A DNA stretch of 64,000 nt. Source: an uncultured Candidatus Rokubacteria bacterium (lineage in GTDB: Bacteria; Methylomirabilota; Methylomirabilia; Rokubacteriales; CSP1-6). Where the stretch lies: contig CAVYTA010000006.1 of assembly GCA_963771355.1 (NCBI GenBank), positions 320,322-384,321 of the forward strand, in the 5' to 3' direction. Within the stretch, counting starts at the first letter, position 1. Each line of letters starts with the position of its first letter. The position numbers and the translations under genes are program-made. Shown in pieces: positions 1-7,058 of this stretch. Under the pieces are notes generated by a model. It searched no databases. It was not told where the DNA came from and saw only the letters and a program-made list of their open reading frames with translations.

Positions 1-66
1 CGATGAGCTTGGCGTTCGGGGTCTTGGACAGCCCAGCGTCATGAGGTAGTCCGTCAGCACCTTCAT
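1..66 (-). CDS. Partial CDS (N-terminal ~22 aa, MKVLTDYLMTLG...) running off the window start; function unknown
   Basis: ATG at 64-66 on the minus strand is preceded by a strong SD-like GGGGAGGGG (rev-comp of 70-78). The ORF is open to position 1. The overlapping plus-strand ORF 65..826 looks like a spurious antisense reading. Confidence 0.3.
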   Translation of the reverse strand, partial: MKVLTDYLMTLGCPRPRTPSSS

Positions 67-106
67 GGCCCCTCCCCGCCGCGCATCGTGCGCGGCGAAA
101 CCGAGC

Positions 107-685
107 TTACGGCAAGAGATCGGCGACGCGGATCCCCGCGTTCGGCGCCGCGAGGGGGGTGGCGAGCATGGAGGGATCGAGCACCTCGCGGCGCGCGTAG
201 CCCCAGCCGAACGGCGCCTCGGGGTCGCGGACGGGCTCGCGATAGACCTCGAGCACGCGGTCGACCAGATTCACCACCCAGTAGTCGTAGAGACCGGCGC
301 GCGCGTAGAGGCTGCCCTTGTGGCGCCGGTCCATGGCGAGGCTCGATTCGGACACCTCAACCGTCAACACTGGACGCGCCGGGTGCTCGCGGAGGTAGTC
401 GTCGAGGGTGCCGGGCACCACCGCCACGTCCGGCTCCGGCTCCGATTCGTCGTCGAGCCCGATCGGTCCCTGCGTGCGCACGTCCCAGCCCGGCCCGAAT
501 GCCGCCTCGATGGCTCGCGCGGTCCTCCGGATTGCCCCGTAGTGGTACGCACCTTGAGGCTCGGCGATCATGAGCTGGCCGCCGATCAGCTCGATGGGCT
601 CTCCGGGCTGAAAGACCCCCAGCTCGATGAGGTGGTCGTACTCCTTCCGCGTGAACCGCCGCGTCTGGATCACGTACTCCGCCAT
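107..685 (-). CDS. Uma2-family (DUF820) putative restriction-endonuclease-like protein
   Basis: 192 aa. The C-terminal motif ...KGSLYARAGLYDYWVVNLVDRVLEVYREP matches the Uma2 signature (K...Y..aG..eYWivd...v.vyr). High-GC third positions. Confidence 0.8.
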   Translation of the reverse strand: MAEYVIQTRRFTRKEYDHLIELGVFQPGEPIELIGGQLMIAEPQGAYHYGAIRRTARAIEAAFGPGWDVRTQGPIGLDDESEPEPDVAVVPGTLDDYLREHPARPVLTVEVSESSLAMDRRHKGSLYARAGLYDYWVVNLVDRVLEVYREPVRDPEAPFGWGYARREVLDPSMLATPLAAPNAGIRVADLLP

Positions 686-744
686 GCGCCCATCGTAGGG
701 GCGCGGGACGAGCGCGTCAACGTATCGGGACGGATACGCAGCCG

Positions 745-973
745 CTACAGCGCGGCGTACACCAGGTCGATCAGATGCCGCACGTGCTTGTGCTGCCAGC
801 CCATGCGGCCCTGTTTCATGGCGTAGCCGATGGCGACGCGCGCGTCGGGATCGGCGAAGCCGAGCGAGCCGCCCGCGTCGAGCGCCCGCCCGCGCGCGTC
901 CTGCTCGGGGCTGGGCGGCGGCGGGATGTAGTCGGCGCAGCGCGCGTCGTGCTCAGGTCCGAGCCCCCAGTGC
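745..973 (-). pseudogene. 5'-truncated, internally deleted duplicate of the beta-lactamase-family serine hydrolase gene (paralog of 1771..2925)
   Basis: Minus-strand translation HWGLGPEHDARCADYIPPPPSPEQDARGRALDAG/GSLGFADPDARVAIGYAMKQGRMGWQHKHVRHLIDLVYAAL* aligns at ~85-90% with two segments of the 1771..2925 protein (HWGLGPEHDARCADFIPPPPSPEQDERVRALDAG ... GGSLGLADPDARVAIGYAMNQGRMGWQHKHVRHLIDLLYAAL*). About 120 aa are deleted in frame between them. The N-terminal ~190 aa, including the SxxK catalytic motif, are absent. The nucleotide similarity is visible directly (ctacagcgcggcgtaca.caggtcgatcag...). Confidence 0.6.
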
Positions 974-1231
974 GCTAGCGCTAAAGGTGTGCGGGCCTCG
1001 TATGAATTCGGCGGCAGACACCGGGGGCCGGAAGGTATGCCGAGCCAGGGTAGGTCCTACACACTAGGAAAATGGATACCCAAGATGGATCTTGACGGGA
1101 CGCGTACTTACGAGGGGACCAGCGCTGGCATATCTGATGCTGCCCCAGGAGTGCAGCCCGCGTCGCCAGGTTTCGTCAGTGCGCTGACACCTTCGACGCC
1201 TGGGCGATTCCAGTAACCCAGGAGGTCTGGC

Positions 1232-1669
1232 ATGACAGCATATCGGTCATTCGTGCTCGCGCTCGCAGTCACGGTCCTGGCGGCAGGGCCGGCGCTCGCC
1301 AAGGGCGGGGGTGGGGGCGCTGGTGGCGGGGGTGGGGCGGGAGGCGGTGGCGGTGCCGCCGGCGGAAACGCGGGAGGCAACGGGGGCGGTAACGGTAACG
1401 CGGGCGGCAATGGCAACGGCGTCGCTGCCGGCCAGGGTGGCGGGAACGGTCAGTCAGTGGGTGCCGGTCAGTCAGGAGGCCCTGGCCACACAGTGGGCGC
1501 TGGGCGCGGCACCGCGCTCACCGCACCCGGCAGCCAGCATCGTTCCGATACCGCCACCGGGCGCCTTTCCAGCCCGACGCCGGGACACGCGAATCCTCCC
1601 AGTGGGGTGACACCGGGCTTCGGTCACGTCGGCACCGTGCCGACGACTCCCGGCCACCAAGCGCCGTAA
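1232..1669 (+). CDS. Secreted glycine-rich low-complexity protein (signal peptide + GGxGG/GGNG repeats + Thr/Pro/His-rich tail)
   Basis: AGGAGG Shine-Dalgarno (SD) 7 nt upstream of the ATG. N-terminus MTAYRSFVLALAVTVLAAGPALA|KGGGG is a classical Sec signal with an AxA cleavage site. ~60% Gly over residues 25-95. The C-terminal 50 aa are rich in T/P/H/G. It lies downstream of an unusually AT-richer 250-bp stretch (985-1230, ~52% GC). Confidence 0.7.
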   Translation: MTAYRSFVLALAVTVLAAGPALAKGGGGGAGGGGGAGGGGGAAGGNAGGNGGGNGNAGGNGNGVAAGQGGGNGQSVGAGQSGGPGHTVGAGRGTALTAPGSQHRSDTATGRLSSPTPGHANPPSGVTPGFGHVGTVPTTPGHQAP

Positions 1670-1688
1670 GCGATAGTTGGACGGCCTT

Positions 1689-1745
1689 GAGCGTGACCGC
1701 GGGACGGGAGGGCGTTTCCCGCGTCTCCGACCTGCGGTCACGCTC
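1689..1745. terminator. Large inverted repeat (15-bp arms GAGCGTGACCGCGGG / CCTGCGGTCACGCTC) between convergent genes; putative bidirectional terminator hairpin
   Basis: Arms at 1689-1703 and 1731-1745 are complementary with one G-U pair, enclosing 27 nt. It sits between the stop of the Gly-rich gene (1669) and the stop of the minus-strand hydrolase (1771). No U-tract, so an intrinsic-terminator assignment is tentative. Confidence 0.4.
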
Positions 1746-1770
1746 AGGCTAGTAGCTCGGGCGCGCGGGG

Positions 1771-2925
1771 CTACAGCGCGGCGTACAGCAGGTCGATCAG
1801 GTGGCGCACGTGCTTGTGCTGCCAGCCCATGCGGCCCTGGTTCATGGCGTAGCCGATGGCCACGCGCGCGTCGGGATCGGCGAGGCCGAGCGAGCCACCC
1901 GCGCCGAAGTGCCCGAAGGCACGCGGCCCGGGGCCGAGCCGCCGCTCGGGCATGGTGAGCTGAAAGCCGAGCCCGTAGCGCGTAGGGCGCTCCAGCACGA
2001 CGTCCGGCCCATTCACCTGCTCGGCGATGGCGCGGGTCACCGTCTCCGGCGCCAGCACGTGCACGCCGTCGAGCCGGCCGTCCGTCGCCAGCGCCGAATA
2101 GAGCCGCGCGATCGCCCGCGCATTGCCGTGCCCGTTGGTCGACGGTACCTCCGCGGCCCGCCACGCGCGCGTGTTCACGATGCGCATCCCGGATAGGCCC
2201 GGCGGGTTCCAGTAGGCGTTGAAGCGCATGAGCGGCAGGCCGCTGAGGTCGCCCGGGCCCGCGTCGAGCGCCCGGACGCGCTCGTCCTGTTCGGGGCTGG
2301 GCGGGGGCGGGATGAAGTCGGCGCAGCGCGCATCATGCTCGGGCCCGAGCCCCCAGTGAAAGTCGATCCCCGCGGGCCCGGCCAGGTGTTCGCGGAAGTA
2401 GGCGCCGATCGACTGGCCGGTGACGCGGCGGATCACCTCGCCGATCAGGAAGCCCTGCGTGTTCACGTGATAGCCGTGGCCCGTGCCCGGCACCCACCAG
2501 GGCGCCTGGGCGGCGAGGGCCTCCGTCATCAGCGCCCAGTCGCTCCAGGCCTCGGGGGGCAGCGTGCGGGCGACGGCGGGGAGCCCCACCTGGTGGGTGA
2601 GGAGGTAGCGCACGGGGACCTGCGCCTTCCCCGCCTGGGCAAACTCGGGCCAGTAGCGCGTCACGGGCGCATCCAGATCGAGCCGGCCGGCCTCGACCAG
2701 GCGGAGGAGGCAGACCGCGCTGATCGCCTTCCCCACGGAGAAGAGGTTGACGAGGGTGTCGCGGGCCCAGGGGCGCGTGCGGGCGGCGTCGGCGTGGCCG
2801 GCCCAGAGGTCGACGACACATTGCTTATCGACGTAGACGGTGAGGGCGGCGCCGACTTCAGTGGCGGAAGCGATCGTTGCGGCGAGCGCGTTCTCGACCG
2901 CTACGAAGCGTGGGTCGAGGGACAC
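1771..2925 (-). CDS. Serine hydrolase, beta-lactamase / penicillin-binding-protein fold (class C / EstB-like esterase family)
   Basis: 384 aa. S-V-G-K (SVGKAIS) matches the SxxK active-site motif near the N-terminus, with overall family resemblance. GTG start at 2923-2925, only 10 nt after the top6A stop (2936-2938), so it is co-transcribed with the Topo VI genes. Confidence 0.85.
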   Translation of the reverse strand: MSLDPRFVAVENALAATIASATEVGAALTVYVDKQCVVDLWAGHADAARTRPWARDTLVNLFSVGKAISAVCLLRLVEAGRLDLDAPVTRYWPEFAQAGKAQVPVRYLLTHQVGLPAVARTLPPEAWSDWALMTEALAAQAPWWVPGTGHGYHVNTQGFLIGEVIRRVTGQSIGAYFREHLAGPAGIDFHWGLGPEHDARCADFIPPPPSPEQDERVRALDAGPGDLSGLPLMRFNAYWNPPGLSGMRIVNTRAWRAAEVPSTNGHGNARAIARLYSALATDGRLDGVHVLAPETVTRAIAEQVNGPDVVLERPTRYGLGFQLTMPERRLGPGPRAFGHFGAGGSLGLADPDARVAIGYAMNQGRMGWQHKHVRHLIDLLYAAL

Positions 2926-2935
2926 AAGGCGGACC

Positions 2936-4045
2936 CTAGTCCAGCCAGTCCTCGTCCTTCAGTTTCTTCGGTAGGTACGTCTTCGTGAGGTAGCGGAAGT
3001 CCTTGTTCGCCAGCGCGTCGAGCTCGTACTTGAGCCCGCTGCCGAGCATGCGCTTGATCTCTTCCTGCCAGGGTTTCTTTTCGAACCAGCGATACTTCAG
3101 GAGCTCCTTGGCTCGGCTGATGTCCTTGTCGTTGAGCTTGATGCCGACGTTGCGGGGCAGGCCGTAGGCGTCCGCGTCGGCGCTGGAGAGGCCGATGAAC
3201 TTGGCTTTGGGGATGGCCATACGCTCGCTCTCGAAGGCGAGGTTGATGGAGCCCTGCTTCACCACCGAGTAGATGTAGTAGCCCCAGGGGTCGTTGTCCA
3301 CGAGGACGTAGACGGGCAGCCTGTACTCCTCGTGGAGGCGCCGGGCCAGGCGGCGGACGCCGCGCGGGGGCTGGCCGTTGCCGGTGAGGAGCACGCAGTT
3401 GTAGCGGCGCCAGAACTTGTCCTCGGAGAGGCGGTTCCACTGGGTGCCCTTCTCGACGAGGAGGACGAAGTCGGCCGTGCAGCGGCGGATCTCGATGTAC
3501 TCGGGCTCCACGATGGACGGCACGGAGTAGCCGCCCTTGCCCAGGCGCGCGCAGTCCACCCGGTCGCCGTCGTCGCCGAACACCACCGGCCCCACGATGC
3601 TGCCGGCGTTCTCCGCGCGCACGTGGAGCTCCTCGCGGAGGGCGGCGAGCGTGACCTCCAGGTCCTCGATCAGCGGATCGGACTCGTTCTGGTTGTCGAA
3701 GGTGTTCTCGTGCGAGCCCTTCATGGTGTGCTTGGTGCGGTAGTAGATCTCGCGGAGCGAGGTGGTGAGGTTCGCCCGCTGGAGCTCCGAGAGCGCGTCC
3801 GCCACCAGCACGGTCTGCATGAACTTCTTCGCCATGCCCACGTTGAAGAAGTTGCGCGCCTGCTTGCGCTTGCCCAGCTCGATGATGCCGCGCTTGGCGT
3901 TGAAGTTGATGTTGGCCAGGCTCCGCACGGGGATGGCCAGCGTCGGGTCCTTGCTCTTCTCCGCCGCGGTGATGACCGTGTCGGCCACGCTGATGAGCTT
4001 CTTCTCCACCGCGCCCGTCTTCTTCGCCGCCGCCGCTTTGGCCAT
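2936..4045 (-). CDS. top6A: DNA topoisomerase VI subunit A (Spo11/Top6A; type IIB topoisomerase catalytic subunit)
   Basis: 369 aa. Conserved catalytic-tyrosine motif REIYYRTKH in the CAP-like domain. Toprim DxD motif in VLVDNDPWGYYIY. Size typical of archaeal Top6A. AAGGA SD upstream of the ATG at 4043-4045. Confidence 0.85.
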   Translation of the reverse strand: MAKAAAAKKTGAVEKKLISVADTVITAAEKSKDPTLAIPVRSLANINFNAKRGIIELGKRKQARNFFNVGMAKKFMQTVLVADALSELQRANLTTSLREIYYRTKHTMKGSHENTFDNQNESDPLIEDLEVTLAALREELHVRAENAGSIVGPVVFGDDGDRVDCARLGKGGYSVPSIVEPEYIEIRRCTADFVLLVEKGTQWNRLSEDKFWRRYNCVLLTGNGQPPRGVRRLARRLHEEYRLPVYVLVDNDPWGYYIYSVVKQGSINLAFESERMAIPKAKFIGLSSADADAYGLPRNVGIKLNDKDISRAKELLKYRWFEKKPWQEEIKRMLGSGLKYELDALANKDFRYLTKTYLPKKLKDEDWLD

Positions 4046-4057
4046 GAGTTCTGTCCT

Positions 4058-5041
4058 TTACTCGACGATCTGGTCCGCACGCAAGAGGAGCGTCTGGGGC
4101 AGCGTGAGGCCGAGCGCCTTGGCCGTCCGGAGATTGATGGCGAGGTAATAGCGGCTGGGCCGCTCGACGGGGAGGCTGCTCGGGGTGGCGCCCTTGAAAA
4201 GTCGGTCCACGTAGCTCGCGGCCCGGCGGTAGTTTTCGTCCGGGCTCGCGCCGTAAGACATGAGGGCGCCGTCCTGAACGGGGACGCTCACCTCGTACAT
4301 GGCGGGGATCCGGTGCATGACGGCGAACTCGATGACGCGCTTGCGATTGAGCAAGGTGAGCGCGTCCGTCACCAGGAACATGGCGTCGGGACGACGCTGC
4401 GTCATGGCGGCGAAGGCCACGTCGAAGTCATTCGGCTCGCGGACGCCGAGGGCCTGCACAGTGACGCGGAGGACCTGGGCGGCCTTCTCCACGTTCTGAT
4501 AGCGCATGGTCATGCCCAGGTCGTCGGCGTTCCAGAGGACGGCGATGCGCTCGGCCTTCGGCACGGCCTCCTTCAGGATCTCCAGGCGCTTGGCGCTGAG
4601 CTCGGCGGACTGATCAGTCACGCCCGTCACGTTGCCGCCGGGATGGGCGAGGCTGTTGATCAGGCCGAGGCCGTCGGCATCCCCCACGAGGGCCATCACG
4701 ATAGGAATGGTGGAGGTCGCTTGCCTGGAGGCGGCGGTCGCGGGCCCGCCGGCCGTCACGATGACGTCGACCTTCTCCCCCACCAGCTCGGTCGCGAGCG
4801 GAGGGAGCCGCTCTTGTCGCGCGTCGGCCCACCGGGCGACGTACACGACGTTCTGCCCCTCGACGTAGCCGAGATCCTTCAAGGCCTGCCGCAAAACTGA
4901 AGGCGCGGCGCCGTCCGGTGGCCGCGCGTTACCGGACAGGAAGCCGACGCGCCACGTCTTCCCCCGCTGCTGCGCATCGGCAGTGGCCGGCGCGGCGAGG
5001 AATGAGAGGGCGAGGAGGAGCGCAATCGCGGCGCGCAGCAT
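4058..5041 (-). CDS. Periplasmic ABC-transporter substrate-binding protein, PF04392 (ABC_sub_bind) family, orphan (no permease or ATPase adjacent)
   Basis: 327 aa. Signal peptide MLRAAIALLLALSFLAAPATADA. Family-typical segments (VGFLSGN..., KVDVIVTAGGPATAA..., IPIVMALVGD..., NVTGVTDQS...). Its ATG (5039-5041) overlaps the top6B TGA (5041-5043) as TGATG. Its stop lies 12 nt before the top6A start. Confidence 0.8.
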   Translation of the reverse strand: MLRAAIALLLALSFLAAPATADAQQRGKTWRVGFLSGNARPPDGAAPSVLRQALKDLGYVEGQNVVYVARWADARQERLPPLATELVGEKVDVIVTAGGPATAASRQATSTIPIVMALVGDADGLGLINSLAHPGGNVTGVTDQSAELSAKRLEILKEAVPKAERIAVLWNADDLGMTMRYQNVEKAAQVLRVTVQALGVREPNDFDVAFAAMTQRRPDAMFLVTDALTLLNRKRVIEFAVMHRIPAMYEVSVPVQDGALMSYGASPDENYRRAASYVDRLFKGATPSSLPVERPSRYYLAINLRTAKALGLTLPQTLLLRADQIVE

Positions 5042-7029
5042 CACTTGCGCTTGGCGGGCTTGGCCTTGCGCTTCGCGGCCTTCGCGGGCTTGGGCGCACG
5101 CTTGGTGGCCGTCGCGGTCTTCGTACCCTTCGCCTTTGCGCCTTTCGCCTTCACGGCCTTCGCCTTCTTCCCGCGCGCGGGCTTGGCGGTATCCGGCTCG
5201 GGCGCTTCGATCGCCGCCGGCTCCACCACCCCCGCCGCCTCCGGGAGCACCGGCGCCTCGCCCTCCGCGCCCTCCGGCGTCACGATGATCGAGTGCGGCA
5301 GGCCCTCGGGCCCGCTGTCGTGGCCGAGGATCTGGTCGGTCTTGGCCCCGCCGGTGCGCTTCATGGCGATCTTCTGGAGCTGGGCCTTGAGCTTCTCCTT
5401 GGGCAGCTTGCCGCCCTTGAGCCGGGCGCAGGCCTCCACGACCTCCTCGATGTAGAGCTCGAAGATGTTGCGCCGGCGGAACTCGCCCTTGGCCCGCTCG
5501 CGCCGCCGGAGGAAGACGCCGAGCCGCCGCCCGCACTCCTGCAGCGCGAGCTTGATCTCCTTCCGGATCTCGTCGTAGTCGGCGATGGCTTCCTTGGACT
5601 CGCTGGTGAACGGCACCCAGACCGAGGCCATGTGGACGAAGATCACCATGGGGCCGGCGGGGAGCGCGCCCCGCGACTGGGCGATGCCGTAGTTGCGCCA
5701 CGCGGTCTCGAGCGCGGCCTTGAAGGTGGCGCAGGCCGACTGCTGGTAGAGGAGGGGCACGCGGTTGGCGTAGCGGATGACGCGGGCCAGCTCACTGTCC
5801 TCTTCCGCCTGCTCGCCCTCGGCCAGCGGCACCGCGGGCGCGTCCAGGGCGGCGGCCTGGCCCGGGCCCTTGCCGAAGGCCAGGCCCGCCTCGATGACGA
5901 ACGGGTTGCCGCGGTACACCGACGGCGGCCGGGTCACCGCCGTGTAGAACTCCCCTTTGATCTGCTTGTAGAGGCCGTGGAGGATCGCCTTCTCGCCGAT
6001 GGGCGAGATGCAGTTGGACGGCGGCGCCATGATCTTGGTGGCCTGGATGGCCTTGTAGAGCGCCTCCGCGTCGGCGCCGTGGATGTTGCGGGGGCGCGCG
6101 TTCGGGTTGAGCTTGGCCGTCTTGCTGATCTCCTGGGCCAGCGCGGGAGACACCCGGCTGAAGTCGCCCGAGAGAAAGCCGGAGAGCCAGTGGCTGCGCG
6201 TGTCGTGGAGCATGCGCAGGAGCACGCCGAACTCGATCCCATAGGGATGCGGCTTGATCTCGCTCGGCTGGGGCGGCAGCTCCTCGATCGTCCGCGGGTA
6301 CTCGCGGGTCTCGCCGTCCGGGGCGTGGTAGACGAGCTGCACGTGCGGGTTGGCGATGGCGACCTGCTCGAGGAACTCGTCCACCGAGGCGCGGCCCTTC
6401 TGGTAGCGCCCCTCGATCTCGAGGGTCACCTGGGTGCCGCGCTCGTGCGCCCAGTCGATCTTCTTGCTCTCGAAGATCCGGGGCTCGTTCTTCTTGGTGT
6501 CGATCTGCACCTCGAAGTAGTGCGCGGCCGCCCGCGCGCCGGTGCGCGAGGTGATCTGCACCGGCTTGCCGGTGGTGATCTGGGCATACATGCCGGCCGC
6601 GGAGATGCCGATGCCCTGCTGGCCCCGGCTCATGCGGAGGCGATGGAACTTCGAGCCGTAGAGGAGCTTGGCGAAGATGGGCGGGATCTGCTGGCGGACG
6701 ATGCCGGGGCCATTGTCGCTGACGGTGACGCGGAACCGGGTGGCCTGGCTGGCCGGCGGCGGCGGCGCGCCATTGCTCGACGCCACTTCCAGCGTGACGA
6801 CCACCTCGGGCAGGATGCCGGCTTCCTCGGCGGCGTCCAGCGCATTGTCGACGGCCTCCTTGACGCAGGTGAGGAGGGCCTTGCGCGGATTGTCGAAGCC
6901 GAGGAGGTGGCGGTTCTTGGTGAAGAACTCGGAGACGGAGATGTCGCGCTGGCGGGCGCCCATCTCGGCGGCGGACGGCGGCGCCACCTTCGGCGCGGCG
7001 GGCGGAGCCTTGGCGAGCGCGATGGCCAT
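5041..7029 (-). CDS. top6B: DNA topoisomerase VI subunit B (GHKL ATPase + transducer) with a C-terminal Lys/Ala-rich histone-H1-like basic tail
   Basis: 662 aa. Bergerat-fold motifs are present: N-box EAVDNALDA, G1 VSDNGPGI, G2 GQQGIGIS. N-terminal region resembles Top6B (ISVSEFFTKNRHLLGF). The last ~60 aa are ...AKPARGKKAKAVKAKGAKAKGTKTATATKRAPKPAKAAKRKAKPAKRK. Confidence 0.85.
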   Translation of the reverse strand: MAIALAKAPPAAPKVAPPSAAEMGARQRDISVSEFFTKNRHLLGFDNPRKALLTCVKEAVDNALDAAEEAGILPEVVVTLEVASSNGAPPPPASQATRFRVTVSDNGPGIVRQQIPPIFAKLLYGSKFHRLRMSRGQQGIGISAAGMYAQITTGKPVQITSRTGARAAAHYFEVQIDTKKNEPRIFESKKIDWAHERGTQVTLEIEGRYQKGRASVDEFLEQVAIANPHVQLVYHAPDGETREYPRTIEELPPQPSEIKPHPYGIEFGVLLRMLHDTRSHWLSGFLSGDFSRVSPALAQEISKTAKLNPNARPRNIHGADAEALYKAIQATKIMAPPSNCISPIGEKAILHGLYKQIKGEFYTAVTRPPSVYRGNPFVIEAGLAFGKGPGQAAALDAPAVPLAEGEQAEEDSELARVIRYANRVPLLYQQSACATFKAALETAWRNYGIAQSRGALPAGPMVIFVHMASVWVPFTSESKEAIADYDEIRKEIKLALQECGRRLGVFLRRRERAKGEFRRRNIFELYIEEVVEACARLKGGKLPKEKLKAQLQKIAMKRTGGAKTDQILGHDSGPEGLPHSIIVTPEGAEGEAPVLPEAAGVVEPAAIEAPEPDTAKPARGKKAKAVKAKGAKAKGTKTATATKRAPKPAKAAKRKAKPAKRK

Positions 7030-7058
7030 GCCCCACTTGATACCAGACCCGTGCTCGA

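Noticed and set aside
989-1216. 75-aa ORF in the AT-richer island upstream of the glycine-rich protein gene
   Set aside because: No SD. Codon usage is unlike the neighbouring genes (low GC3). More likely a promoter or leader region. Kept only as a regulatory island in the findings.
4058-5701. 547-aa track ORF extending the SBP gene 220 codons upstream into top6B
   Set aside because: The upstream 220 codons overlap the top6B coding region and are Arg/Gly low-complexity. The real SBP begins at the signal-peptide Met (MLRAAIALLL) at 5041.
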